Virus record (IMG/VR): IMGVR_UViG_3300012200_000001
Span: 1 to 64,000 of that record
Length of the DNA: 64,000 nt
Origin: a virus
Taxonomy: Duplodnaviria > Caudoviricetes
Reading direction: 5' to 3' (one strand)
Shown: positions 8,031 through 16,956 of the stretch, one piece after another
How positions within the stretch are numbered: the first letter of the stretch is position 1
How the letters are laid out: each line of letters starts with the position of its first letter
The notes under the pieces: model-generated
The model's input: the letters and a program-made list of their open reading frames with translations, nothing else
What the model was told of the DNA's origin: nothing
Databases searched by the model: none
Translations under genes and position numbers: made by a program

Positions 8031-8196
8031 GTCGTTCATTCCTCTCTTGCAGTTTTGCGTCGATGAACTCTTCAAGTGCGCGTAAGAAGAGATCAAGCTC
8101 GCGCCCATCGTGAGTGGCTGTGCCAGCGAGTTGTGGACCAGTGTGGCCGAAGGCACGCCGCGCCATGCGCCACAGCACTGCTTTCGCCGTGTTCAT
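7993..8196 (-). CDS. Hypothetical protein
   Basis: ATGA overlap with the upstream gene. Confidence 0.5.
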   Translation of the reverse strand: MNTAKAVLWRMARRAFGHTGPQLAGTATHDGRELDLFLRALEEFIDAKLQERNERHDTTSEVSRLRS

Positions 8197-8507
8197 CGCC
8201 GCGCCCTTCTCCCGTTCAGCCATCCACGTTCTAGGTTGGCGCGCGGGCTCTCGGCCATTGTCTGAGGCCTCAAACTTGGATCGGTGCCGCCGCTGCTATG
8301 TTTCCGCCGTTTGATCAAAACGAGATCGTCCTGATCGATGTCCTCTTTCGCGCCCTGCTGGCCGAAGCCTGGCCAAAGCACGCGAGCGTCGTTTCCAAGC
8401 ACAGCGACGACAACACCTTCATGTCTTTCATCATCCTCGCGAGCGACCACATCGCCGCAATTGAACTTGCGGGTTTCACCGGGTTGGATGATTCGGTTCT
8501 TAGGCAT
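8193..8507 (-). CDS. SH3/KOW-like hypothetical protein
   Basis: F..GD.V...D....G.V..V...ARVLW beta-barrel pattern. Confidence 0.6.
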   Translation of the reverse strand: MPKNRIIQPGETRKFNCGDVVAREDDERHEGVVVAVLGNDARVLWPGFGQQGAKEDIDQDDLVLIKRRKHSSGGTDPSLRPQTMAESPRANLERGWLNGRRARR

Positions 8508-8800
8508 TTTGTCGATCCCGTTCAGAAAGTCCGCCCGCTGCTGCTACTCACAAACAGCGCATTGTTTATTTGCCGACCATTGCGGAATTCCTGCACCACA
8601 CAGTCGCGTGCGTGGACTACATCGGGCTCCTGACGCATTTGCGCGCGTGGCCCAGTTCGTGCCTTACGCCTAGCGGGCGTTTCGTTTCGGTGCCTCGACG
8701 AACATTGCCTTTCTCGTCTTGACGCCGAATGCAGGGCTGACGATGTCTGGTCTGGGCGAACTCCTACCTTGTGCCTGTACTGTGAAAGTTGTATATGCTC

Positions 8801-8836
8801 AATATAAGGACCCAGCGGAGTTAGTGCAAGCATAAA
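8801..8836 (-). promoter_or_regulatory. Leftward sigma70-type promoter heading the early operon
   Basis: TTGCAC-17 nt-TATATT on minus with AT-rich upstream; a second candidate TTGAGC-17-TACAGG at 8774-8802. Confidence 0.7.
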
Positions 8837-8924
8837 TAAGGTGATTTTTTAGGGCTACTACAAGGCGAGAAAGGCCCGTAAAATGGGCACTTCTGGCATT
8901 TTGGGGTAAGAGAGGAGTAAAGCC

Positions 8925-9200
8925 ATGGCGCGAAAACTGCAACCCAGGAAAGTGGGGAGGCCAGCCACCGGCAAAAACACCATGATCGCAATCCGCTGGC
9001 CGCGCTGGCTGCTAGAGGCCATCGATAGATATGGACAGCATGAGCTGCTGGAACGCCCGGTCGCACTTAAGCAGATCGTGACCAAATTTTTGCTTGCAGA
9101 GGGAATGGTTGATCAAGCTGCAGTTAGGGCATCGATGTTTCCTACAGCCGAAATGCGCCCTAAGCGGCGATCAAAGAATATCGAGAAGGAGCTGATTTAA
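8925..9200 (+). CDS. Ribbon-helix-helix (CopG/Arc-like) transcriptional regulator
   Basis: GRPATGK..MIAIRWPRWLLEAIDRY...R..ALKQIV; GAGGAG SD; divergent from the early operon. Confidence 0.75.
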   Translation: MARKLQPRKVGRPATGKNTMIAIRWPRWLLEAIDRYGQHELLERPVALKQIVTKFLLAEGMVDQAAVRASMFPTAEMRPKRRSKNIEKELI

Positions 9201-9201
9201 A

Positions 9202-9564
9202 ATGGGAAGGTCGGACAGGTTCTATGTGGACTTGCTTGTATCGTTTGCATTGATGACTGCCATCATTGCGATTGCGTTTGCTCTATTTGGCCGACCGGTG
9301 CGTGGTGGTGAGCGCGTCGCTTGTGAAGCCAAACCGGCCGTAGGCGATGGATGGCACTATCGCACGAAGATTCCGGGCTACGGCGTCGGCATCCGCGATG
9401 ACAAATGTTGGTACGTAGGGCCGTCAATGAAAGCACGCGATGAGCTTTATTGGCCGCCGACTGCCGATCCACCGAAACCAACAGCAAATGATCTCCCCAA
9501 GCCGTTATCCGAATTTGAGAACCGTTGGCGTGGAGCGACGGAGGGGTGGGACCAAAAGGAATAA
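9202..9564 (+). CDS. Membrane-anchored or exported hypothetical protein
   Basis: Hydrophobic N-terminal segment; three Cys. Confidence 0.65.
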   Translation: MGRSDRFYVDLLVSFALMTAIIAIAFALFGRPVRGGERVACEAKPAVGDGWHYRTKIPGYGVGIRDDKCWYVGPSMKARDELYWPPTADPPKPTANDLPKPLSEFENRWRGATEGWDQKE

Positions 9565-9568
9565 GGCC

Positions 9569-9796
9569 GTGGTCGGGGCAAAGAAAAATCGAGCGACGAA
9601 AAAGCCTGATCGTATTTCTGCTGATCTTCGCCGCATCGATCAGATGCTCACTGCGGTCTATCCCGCCGCCCTTAAGGGTGATCGGGAATCAATTCAGATC
9701 GTGCTGACCTTATGGCGAGAGCGCGAAACTATCGAAAAAAAATTGGTGCGGCAAGAGAGCTTCCGAGTCCTTGCGCCGGATGAAGAGGAGGAGTGA
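9569..9796 (+). CDS. Small helical protein resembling phage TerS/HTH-associated domain
   Basis: RIDQML..VYP.AL.GD..SI..VL...RE pattern; GTG start. Confidence 0.45.
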   Translation: MVGAKKNRATKKPDRISADLRRIDQMLTAVYPAALKGDRESIQIVLTLWRERETIEKKLVRQESFRVLAPDEEEE

Positions 9797-10026
9797 GTGA
9801 ATCCAATGGTCGCATCACATGCGCTTCAAGGTCGGTGACCGCGTTCGCCCGTGCCCGCAATGGCGTGATGATCCGAATAGAATACCGAGTGGGATCGTGC
9901 GCAGGATTGAGCCATGGGGGAAATGACGGTGCGCTATATGTCGGGGACGAGAAACGGGCATTTGCGGCCTATGTGTTCGAACATGTAAAGCGAAAAGCAC
10001 AACTAAGATCCCGGACGGCACGATGA
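9793..10026 (+). CDS. Hypothetical protein
   Basis: 4-nt overlaps on both sides; GAGGAG SD. Confidence 0.5.
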   Translation: MSESNGRITCASRSVTAFARARNGVMIRIEYRVGSCAGLSHGGNDGALYVGDEKRAFAAYVFEHVKRKAQLRSRTAR

Positions 10027-10232
10027 CTTGCGTATTCTGTGAATCTTGGTGCGCGACCAGTGAGAAGCAATGGCGCAATCGTCAGCGTAATCTACACGCA
10101 ATGCCACAAGTACAGGTCTATGCCTGTCAAGCTTGTGGCGATACCGAGTGGGCCACGACTAAGTCGCGTATCAGAAAGAGACGTTGGTGGAGTAGCCTTT
10201 ATGACCGCATTTGTCATAGGACCAAACGATGA
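10023..10232 (+). CDS. Small zinc-finger protein
   Basis: CVFC...CQAC. Confidence 0.5.
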   Translation: MTCVFCESWCATSEKQWRNRQRNLHAMPQVQVYACQACGDTEWATTKSRIRKRRWWSSLYDRICHRTKR

Positions 10233-10635
10233 GATTCGGCTGCGTGCTGCTGCTGAGAAGGCGCGCGCACATCCGATCCCGTGGGATGTACTGAAACATG
10301 GTGTCACGCCAAACCAACCTACCGACGAACTGACGCTAGCTGATCGTGTGGGAGTGCCAGTAATCCCGCGCGATCCGGTTCAGGTTATGCTTCCATTGGG
10401 CTGGCGAGTATCGATCACATGCGAGGAGCAGCCAGCCGGGTTTTTGCTGCACGTTTCAATGTCATCGCCCGCTGCGCGCAAGGTGCCGTCACCTGCGGCG
10501 ATGGAGATGTTGGTCAAGGCTTGCGGGTACAAACCCGATGACATCGTGCGGAGATGGCTTGAGGAATATGAGCCGGGAAAGCGCGCGGTCAACGTGCTCA
10601 TTGTACTTGGTGAGCAAACTAGCAACTTGAGTTAG
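10201..10635 (+). CDS. Hypothetical protein
   Basis: GGAG SD before ATG 10201. Confidence 0.65.
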   Translation: MTAFVIGPNDEIRLRAAAEKARAHPIPWDVLKHGVTPNQPTDELTLADRVGVPVIPRDPVQVMLPLGWRVSITCEEQPAGFLLHVSMSSPAARKVPSPAAMEMLVKACGYKPDDIVRRWLEEYEPGKRAVNVLIVLGEQTSNLS

Positions 10636-10645
10636 GAGGCCCCGG

Positions 10646-10858
10646 ATGTGCGACTGGCTTGTGTGGCGCTGGATAAAGGCGATGGCTTACTACCGTGGAT
10701 CGGGTAGTGGTCGTGCGTGGGGCAGTCTAGACAAAGCGGATATCAGGCGGATGCAGCAGGCTTGCAATCTGCTCACCGACTCCAAGCTTGTGGTCGACGG
10801 CGTTTACGGTCCCGCCACTAAGGCGGCCGTGGCTCATCTACAGGCCAAAGAGGAATAA
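10646..10858 (+). CDS. Small peptidoglycan-binding (PG_binding_1-like) protein
   Basis: MQQACN.L....LVVDGVYGPATKAAVAHLQ. Confidence 0.65.
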   Translation: MCDWLVWRWIKAMAYYRGSGSGRAWGSLDKADIRRMQQACNLLTDSKLVVDGVYGPATKAAVAHLQAKEE

Positions 10859-10869
10859 ATTCTCGCGCG

Positions 10870-11115
10870 ATGAGCACTCCAATGCGCGACGTTCTTACCG
10901 ACAGCGAGATCGAAGCCATTAGTGCGCAGGCAGGCACCTATTTTCGGTTCGTCTATTCCCGCCCGACCGGGCCAAAGGGGGGCGGTAGACGCATCACCGG
11001 CATGGTCGGGGTGCCCGAGGGAGCCGAGCTGCATGACGCTCAAGTCGAGGTTATGATCGAAAATCAGCGTTGGCAAAAGTATCGCCTTGAGTTTGCGGCT
11101 TTCTATCGGACATGA
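10870..11115 (+). CDS. Hypothetical protein
   Basis: Operon position. Confidence 0.55.
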   Translation: MSTPMRDVLTDSEIEAISAQAGTYFRFVYSRPTGPKGGGRRITGMVGVPEGAELHDAQVEVMIENQRWQKYRLEFAAFYRT

Positions 11116-11118
11116 CCG

Positions 11119-11388
11119 ATGAGCATTCCAACGGGCTGCTGCGATGACCGCGATCCGCGTCTGGCCATGGCACGTTATCTCGTGCGGTGCGCGTTTGGTG
11201 AAGCATTGCGCCAACGCAGCAACAATGAAACGGCGTTGATCGTGATGGGACTCGCGCGGATGGTCGCCATCGATCTTTTGGTTGAGCGCGGCATGAGGCG
11301 GCAGCGGGCTCGCCAGCTCGTGGATGACAGCACACGTATGCTCGAGCAGATGACGGACCAGATGGCCAAGGAAGCGGGGTTAGCTTGA
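11119..11388 (+). CDS. Hypothetical protein
   Basis: Operon position. Confidence 0.55.
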   Translation: MSIPTGCCDDRDPRLAMARYLVRCAFGEALRQRSNNETALIVMGLARMVAIDLLVERGMRRQRARQLVDDSTRMLEQMTDQMAKEAGLA

Positions 11389-11594
11389 TGCAGATCGGAC
11401 GGATGGAATTGCCGGTGCGGTACGATCTAATCAACACCAAAGTGCATGGGCAGGAGACACCATGTATGACGACAGCCTGGTTGCCAACACCGAAGGAATT
11501 AGAAGCACTTAATGCAGGTGCGGCCGTACATGTGCGTATTCTCGGAACTGTTCACCCGCCGATAATGGTTGAGGTCGGTTTGCCACCGTCCTAA
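11385..11594 (+). CDS. Conserved phage hypothetical protein
   Basis: TAW.PTPKELEALNAGA.V...ILG..HPPI.VEV. Confidence 0.7.
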   Translation: MMQIGRMELPVRYDLINTKVHGQETPCMTTAWLPTPKELEALNAGAAVHVRILGTVHPPIMVEVGLPPS

Positions 11595-11630
11595 ATATTA
11601 CTCAGGTAAACGTAGCTCAAGGTAGCTCAA

Positions 11631-12104
11631 ATGCCTGGACCTGGACGCCCATTTCAAAAAGGCGAGCGTCCTTTTGGGCGCAAGAAAGGCGTGCCGAACA
11701 AGCGCACGGTTGAGGTGCGCTCGGTTCTATTGGGCGCAGCTCGTGAGATCGGCGGCATGGAGCGGCTGGTCGCCTGGATCAAGGAATCGCCACAGCACGA
11801 ATATGCATTCTGGACCACGATGTATCCGAGGCTGTTGCCGGTGAACATTCAAGGTTCGGGCCCGCATGGTGAGCTGCAGATGACGCTTGAAATTAAACGG
11901 GAAGAGCTAGCGCGCAAGCTTGAAGAGCGCGGCTTGCCTACCTTTGTATTCGGCGTAGATCGCCCGACGCTTGAGCTAGAGGCGCAGCGGCGCATCGAGG
12001 GGAACGGTTCTGATGCAAACGGGAGGCAGCAAGATGAGGCTTCGGGCGGCGGTAAGGGTGATGGGACAAGGCCAGCCGGGCCTGTGGCTGATCGACGAAA
12101 ATAA
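11631..12104 (+). CDS. Putative terminase small subunit
   Basis: RPFQKGE..GRKKGVPNKRT N-terminus (DUF5681-like), GG...L..W....F....PRLLP; lies upstream of terL. Confidence 0.6.
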   Translation: MPGPGRPFQKGERPFGRKKGVPNKRTVEVRSVLLGAAREIGGMERLVAWIKESPQHEYAFWTTMYPRLLPVNIQGSGPHGELQMTLEIKREELARKLEERGLPTFVFGVDRPTLELEAQRRIEGNGSDANGRQQDEASGGGKGDGTRPAGPVADRRK

Positions 12105-12222
12105 CGAGACCAGGTTCACGGTCTCGGTTCTTGGATTTGCGACTACACGGGACCAAAGTGCGGCGATTGTTAAGGCGCTTGCGGAGTGTATCCCCGACGA
12201 AGGCATCGAGGTGCCGGGGTGA
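12034..12222 (+). CDS. Hypothetical protein
   Basis: GGGAGG SD before ATG 12034; overlaps the TerS tail. Confidence 0.45.
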   Translation: MRLRAAVRVMGQGQPGLWLIDENNETRFTVSVLGFATTRDQSAAIVKALAECIPDEGIEVPG

Positions 12223-12258
12223 GTTTGTAACGTAACAGCCTTGTGATACGTTACAGTC

Positions 12259-12465
12259 ATGCCCAAGAGCGAGCCTATGCTTTCAATCATTGCTCGAGTG
12301 CGTCGGGCGATGCCCCGCAATATGGATGTGATGGCGATCTGTGAGGTTGCCGAAAAGGCGGGTATCTGTCCCGCCGTTTTGCCGCCAAGCGAATGTCCAG
12401 AATGCGCAAGGCGACGCGAGGCGAATGCTCAGCGCGTGCGTAAATTCCGAGAAAAACAAAAATGA
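12259..12465 (+). CDS. Small basic zinc-binding protein
   Basis: MPRN.DVMAIC...CPEC.RRR..NA.RVRKFR. Confidence 0.65.
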   Translation: MPKSEPMLSIIARVRRAMPRNMDVMAICEVAEKAGICPAVLPPSECPECARRREANAQRVRKFREKQK

Positions 12466-12487
12466 CCGACGAGATGAGGTGCCCGAT

Positions 12488-12772
12488 ATGTGGACGCCTT
12501 GCGAGCGCGAGGATAGGGGGGGCGGGCTTTGGTTCGCGCACGAGGAGAGGAAGATGGAGAACAGGCTATTGCGGATCGAAGCGGAGTATGGGCCGATTGA
12601 GGTTCGTTTTCCCGGGCGGCTGACCAAAAATGACGTGAGTGATTTTGAGTGTCACGTCCAAATTCTATTGCGGGTCATGCGAAGAATGGCCGCCCTGGAT
12701 GAGCAAGATAATAATCTGCCGACTGTCGAAGATGCGCGCGGGATTATGCGTTCGTTGGAGAATCGAGAATGA
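12488..12772 (+). CDS. Hypothetical protein
   Basis: GAGGTG SD before ATG 12488. Confidence 0.5.
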   Translation: MWTPCEREDRGGGLWFAHEERKMENRLLRIEAEYGPIEVRFPGRLTKNDVSDFECHVQILLRVMRRMAALDEQDNNLPTVEDARGIMRSLENRE

Positions 12773-12936
12773 GTAATAAGGGGCCGACCAAGCGAGAATG
12801 GGAAAAGTTTACCGCCGTCAGTTATCGCCGCGCCCATCCGTTGGAATACGCGACATTGCTGGCTGGCCAACTTTTTGGGCTATTGATTGCGGCTGCAGCC
12901 ATGCTCTTTATCGTTGCAATAATCTGGAGAGGATGA
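12769..12936 (+). CDS. Small membrane protein (55 aa, below ORF-track cutoff)
   Basis: MSNKGP...LFGLLIAAAAMLFIVAIIWRG; ATGA overlap. Confidence 0.55.
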   Translation: MSNKGPTKREWEKFTAVSYRRAHPLEYATLLAGQLFGLLIAAAAMLFIVAIIWRG

Positions 12937-12967
12937 TCTCGATGGGGCGGCGGTCGGGGATGTAGGC

Positions 12968-13336
12968 ATGTACTTGCTTTGGTGGCCGTCTGGAAAAGTA
13001 AGCACAGCACGCGCGTTCGCTGTCGCGTTCCTGATCCTTGTCACCACGTTGTTCTGGTTCTTGCTGTTCGATCTAGTGTGGGCGCACGACAATTATCCAT
13101 CCGAGTGCTGCGACGATCAGGACTGCAGGCCGGTGCCATGTGCGGAATTCAGCGAGGAAGTTCGTTGGTCCGGCCACGGAACGTCGATAGAAATTGTTGT
13201 GCTCAACAGCCACGGCAAGCAGTATTTCGGCAAAAAAAGCAACGTGCGGCCATCTCCTGACGGTCAATGCCATGCCTGCTTTTGGCCTGGTACATTCGAG
13301 ATGCGGTGTATTTTCTGGCCGATGAAGATCTCATGA
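12968..13336 (+). CDS. Cys-rich secreted hypothetical protein
   Basis: Signal peptide ending WAH; CCDDQDC.PV.C...SPDGQCHAC...RC. Confidence 0.75.
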   Translation: MYLLWWPSGKVSTARAFAVAFLILVTTLFWFLLFDLVWAHDNYPSECCDDQDCRPVPCAEFSEEVRWSGHGTSIEIVVLNSHGKQYFGKKSNVRPSPDGQCHACFWPGTFEMRCIFWPMKIS

Positions 13337-14814
13337 TGAACATCCACACAGACATCGTAGCTGAGAGAACTTTCACGTACGGCGATCTACATCTCGTCGA
13401 TCAGATGGCCTGCCTCGAATCGCGCGAGTCGTTCTGGGCTTATCGCCAGTACATGAACCCGCGCATGCTCGTAGGTTGGTGGCAGCGCGAGGTAGCGCTC
13501 GAGCTGCACCGCTTCTGGATGGAGTATCGCGCTGGTCTGAGGCCAAAGCTGTTGCTGCAGTCACCACCGCAGCATGGCAAGTCGTCGATGGCGGTTGATT
13601 TTCTATCCTGGGCGGTCGGGCAATCGTGCCTGATGGGGCAGCCCGATCTAAGGATCATCTTTGCGTCCTTCAGTGATCGCTTGGGCATACGCGCCAATCT
13701 TCGCCTGCAAAGGATTTTCAACAACCCGAAGCACACAGCGATCTTCGGTCAGATTATTGAGCGACAGAATAGTCAGACGATTGAGTTTGCTGGGCAAGGC
13801 GCTGATCGAGGTTACTTCCGTTCCACAACTGTAGAAGGCGCGGTGACCGGCGAAGGCTTGGACATTGGCGTGATCGACGATCCGATCAAAGGACGCGCCG
13901 AGGCTAGCTCTCAGCTGATACGCGACAAGACGTGGAGTTGGATGACCGACGATTTCATGACGCGGTTCTCTGATCGGGCCGCGCTGCTGATGATCATGAC
14001 TCGCTGGCACTTGGACGATCCGGCTGGTCGATTAATGGAGAACCATCCTGATGTGCGTGTGTGTCGTTATCCGGCGCTGGCCGAGGAAGACGAGAGAGCT
14101 GCCGACGGCACATTGTTGCGCAAGAAGGGCGTGCCGCTATTTCCCGAACTCAAATCATTGGAGTTCCTCGAGAAACAACGTGGCTTGATGACCTTGGCGG
14201 GCTGGCAATCGGTATATCAGCAAGCACCGATCATTGTCGGCGGCGAGATGTTTCCGGTCGACAAGGCGGTGGTCATCCCAGAGCGTCCAGCGCAAGCCGA
14301 TGTGCAGGCTGCTGTGCGCTATTGGGACAAGGCTGGGACCAAGGATGGCGGTGCATATACGGCTGGCGTCCTGATGCTGCGCATGCGCGATGATACGTAC
14401 GTCGTTGTTGATGTGAGGCGTGGGCGCTGGTCAGCATTGGATCGTGAGCGGATGATTAGGCAGACTGCCGAGGTCGATCAAAAGCTCTATCACCTGACCA
14501 GGATTTATCTTGAGCAGGAGCCGGGCTCGGGCGGCAAGGAGAGCGCCGAGTCGAGCGTCAGGATGCTTGCCGGTTTCAGCGTCGAGGCGGATCGGGTGAT
14601 CGGAGCGAAGGAGGTGCGTGCGGATCCGTTCGCAGCGCAGTGGCAGGCGGGCAATGTGCGGCTTGTGCTCGGAGATTGGAACCGGGATTATCTGGACGAG
14701 CACGAGCACTTTCCGGTTGGCAAGTACAAGGATCAGGTCGATGCATCTACTGGCGCGTTCAACAAGATCGCGAGCAAGTATCGATATCCGTCCACGATGG
14801 ATTGGGTGGGATGA
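13333..14814 (+). CDS. terL: Terminase large subunit
   Basis: Walker A-like SPPQHGKS, Walker B IGVIDDPIKG, MTRWHLDD, C-terminal nuclease RYWDKA...EQEPGSGG...DQVDA. Confidence 0.95.
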   Translation: MMNIHTDIVAERTFTYGDLHLVDQMACLESRESFWAYRQYMNPRMLVGWWQREVALELHRFWMEYRAGLRPKLLLQSPPQHGKSSMAVDFLSWAVGQSCLMGQPDLRIIFASFSDRLGIRANLRLQRIFNNPKHTAIFGQIIERQNSQTIEFAGQGADRGYFRSTTVEGAVTGEGLDIGVIDDPIKGRAEASSQLIRDKTWSWMTDDFMTRFSDRAALLMIMTRWHLDDPAGRLMENHPDVRVCRYPALAEEDERAADGTLLRKKGVPLFPELKSLEFLEKQRGLMTLAGWQSVYQQAPIIVGGEMFPVDKAVVIPERPAQADVQAAVRYWDKAGTKDGGAYTAGVLMLRMRDDTYVVVDVRRGRWSALDRERMIRQTAEVDQKLYHLTRIYLEQEPGSGGKESAESSVRMLAGFSVEADRVIGAKEVRADPFAAQWQAGNVRLVLGDWNRDYLDEHEHFPVGKYKDQVDASTGAFNKIASKYRYPSTMDWVG

Positions 14815-14896
14815 TGTGGATTAGATTGCGGAAGAAATGGCATCATGTGCAGTGGTGTGGATGGTGTCTATATGTGAACGGAACAAGGTGGATGTG

Positions 14897-15085
14897 ATGT
14901 ATATTTACTGTCCCAATGATCCCGAGCGCGTCTTCGGCACTCATACATGGATTGCGACCTGGCAGGGTCGGCTTGGCGATGAGCACCTACCGACACACTG
15001 TAAGAAGTGTGGCGCAGCGTTGACGCAACGCGCGAGTCCGAGTTTTCAACCTGTTTACATTGAATCTGATGAACCACGGTTTTGA
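14897..15085 (+). CDS. Small zinc-ribbon protein
   Basis: YCP...HCKKCG. Confidence 0.5.
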   Translation: MYIYCPNDPERVFGTHTWIATWQGRLGDEHLPTHCKKCGAALTQRASPSFQPVYIESDEPRF

Positions 15086-15175
15086 AGATTGGATAATGCT
15101 TGGGGCGGTAGTGTTGGTTGCGCTGATGATAATCGGTGCAATGTTGCTGATCGGGTTACGAGGACTGTGAAATCG

Positions 15176-15373
15176 ATGGCCCGGAAGATGAAACTGCATG
15201 ACCTTGAATGCACGTTGATCCACGAGACTGACGGCGCGGTTCTGGTCACTGTGGACGGCGAGCACAAAGCGTGGCTTCCCAAGAGTGCAATCGAGGTCGA
15301 GCGAACGGAAGGCAGCAATGTCGTCGTCATAACCGCACCGGAAGAGCTGCTGGTCGATAAGGAATTGGTATGA
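15176..15373 (+). CDS. Conserved small phage protein
   Basis: ETDGAVLV..DG...WLPKS.IE...PE.L..DK.L. Confidence 0.75.
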   Translation: MARKMKLHDLECTLIHETDGAVLVTVDGEHKAWLPKSAIEVERTEGSNVVVITAPEELLVDKELV

Positions 15374-15405
15374 CGGCACGCAACATCGTCGTCATGGGTG
15401 TCGCG

Positions 15406-15441
15406 AAAAAAATCCCCCAGCCCGGTTAAGAGCTGGGGGTT
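15406..15441 (-). terminator. Rho-independent terminator of the minus-strand moron
   Basis: CCCCCAGC/GCTGGGGG stem followed by T7 on minus, just past stop 15446. Confidence 0.85.
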
Positions 15442-15445
15442 TGAG

Positions 15446-15940
15446 TTAGCGTTTGGTCGGATGGAAGCCCATCGCTTTCATCCGCTTCTGCCTATCGAGC
15501 TGTCCCTCGACTTTCTGCAGCAGGTTTGGATCATCGGCGAGCTTCACCGGATTGACCGGTTTGCGCTTGGGCTCACGGCGCAAGTTCTTGGGTATGTCGA
15601 GGCCGTCATCCGGCACTCGCTCACCCTTGCCGTTGAAGCCCGGAGCGGGACCAAGTACGCCGAGCTGTGTGGTTGGATCAACCTTGACTGACTTAGGCTT
15701 GGTTGATCCAACCAGAGTATTGGCAGCCTCGGCTTTCGCTTTCACGATTGCCTTGTCGGCTCTGCGCCTCTTGCCGTTCATCACGGCGAGACGCTTGAGC
15801 CAGCGCTTGGCTGCCTTGTCGTGTTTCTCGAATGTGCGTTCGGCACGCTCGATGGTCACGAGAAGCTTTTCGCGCCGCGCTTCCATGCGGTCCAACTTTT
15901 TGTCCGGTGAGTTGACAACCGGCGCGGGAGATTGTTTCAT
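15446..15940 (-). CDS. Moron: basic coiled-coil protein with an FtsZ-tail-like motif
   Basis: Only minus-strand gene in the late region; own promoter and terminator; DDGLDIPKNLRR. Confidence 0.75.
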   Translation of the reverse strand: MKQSPAPVVNSPDKKLDRMEARREKLLVTIERAERTFEKHDKAAKRWLKRLAVMNGKRRRADKAIVKAKAEAANTLVGSTKPKSVKVDPTTQLGVLGPAPGFNGKGERVPDDGLDIPKNLRREPKRKPVNPVKLADDPNLLQKVEGQLDRQKRMKAMGFHPTKR

Positions 15941-16070
15941 TCTCCCACCTCTGTTTCCGTGAACACATAAGTGATCCGGGCCTCGGGCGCGTCAACGCCC
16001 GGGGTTTTCTGTTCGTGGTTCACAATGTCAAACATCCCGGTCAATCGAGACGACCTCGACTGAACGATGC

Positions 16071-16079
16071 ATTATAGCA
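16071..16079 (-). promoter_or_regulatory. Extended -10 promoter (TGcTATAAT) for the moron
   Basis: Perfect TGnTATAAT on minus about 130 nt upstream of ATG 15940. Confidence 0.7.
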
Positions 16080-16167
16080 AATCGACTTTTGGGATTTTCC
16101 GATTTGACGCGACTCGCATGCAAGAAACCCGCATGATATAAGGCTTAGTGCGACGTGTTTCGAAAAC

Positions 16168-16196
16168 TTGACATAGGTGGAATCGTGGTAACTACT
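16168..16196 (+). promoter_or_regulatory. Candidate rightward sigma70 promoter
   Basis: Consensus TTGACA at 16168; -10 is imperfect (TGgTAACTA with short spacer). Confidence 0.35.
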
Positions 16197-16284
16197 GCGT
16201 CAATTGCAGTGGGCGATTCAAGAACCGCCCATTCCATCGAACTTGGTCGAGGCTAAAAAAATATTTATGGACGAAGGGTGAGCT

Positions 16285-16374
16285 ATGTGTGGATGGGCAC
16301 CGTTTGGGGCCTACGCTGGCGTGCTGATATGTTTGCTAATCCTCATCGTTCGTTTTTACGTCAAGAGGAAGTAG
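16285..16374 (+). CDS. 29-aa membrane peptide
   Basis: MCGWAPFGAYAGVLICLLILIVRFYVKRK; stop abuts ATG 16375. Confidence 0.45.
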   Translation: MCGWAPFGAYAGVLICLLILIVRFYVKRK

Positions 16375-16947
16375 ATGCAGGAGCAGCCGGATCTTCGCAC
16401 CTGGGATGCGTGGCATCTCACGCATCAACCGTTTGAGCTTCAGTGGTGGAAGGATCATCTTGCGAATGGCCACTCGCTAGACGATGCCGAATTCCTGAAA
16501 GTCTGGAGTGAGGTTAGGGAATTTATTAAGCCGTACGGTGTCGTCCTCGATATTGGCTGCGGTCCTCGTCCACCATTTGCGCCTTGCATTGCTATCGAGC
16601 CGCTCGCGCTCGAGTATCGCAAGTTGGTGCCGCCGGAGTGGTGGTACGGCGTGGAGGTTCACGCGCACCCTGCCGAATTTCTGATCGACAAGCTGCATGC
16701 GAACACGGTGATCTGCTGGAACTGCATCGATCACACAATCGGCTGGTGCGCGATCCTCGACAACATGCTTGCGTATGGCGACAAGAGGACTCGCTATGCG
16801 CTGGCGACCGACTTCTGGGAGCCGTTCGTTGGGCATCCCGGCTTCGAGCGTCAGGAGTTCATGGCCGAGGTCGAGAAGCGTTTCGAGATAATCGACAAGC
16901 GTGAGCCGTTCGGCAGGGAGCTGGCGCTTATCATGATCAAGCGGTAG
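16375..16947 (+). CDS. Class I SAM-dependent methyltransferase
   Basis: Motif I VLDIGCGP, acidic post-I IEP, V.CWNCIDH. Confidence 0.8.
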   Translation: MQEQPDLRTWDAWHLTHQPFELQWWKDHLANGHSLDDAEFLKVWSEVREFIKPYGVVLDIGCGPRPPFAPCIAIEPLALEYRKLVPPEWWYGVEVHAHPAEFLIDKLHANTVICWNCIDHTIGWCAILDNMLAYGDKRTRYALATDFWEPFVGHPGFERQEFMAEVEKRFEIIDKREPFGRELALIMIKR

Positions 16948-16956
16948 GGAGGGTAT

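Noticed and set aside
8522-8833. 103-aa minus-strand ORF
   Set aside because: It starts inside the predicted promoter and has an atypical composition; more likely a leader region
8856-8884. Rightward promoter for the RHH gene (TAAAAT at 8879)
   Set aside because: No plausible -35 or extended -10 at correct spacing
13333-14814. Intein or intron in terL
   Set aside because: Normal length (~490 aa), continuous motifs, no splice or endonuclease signatures
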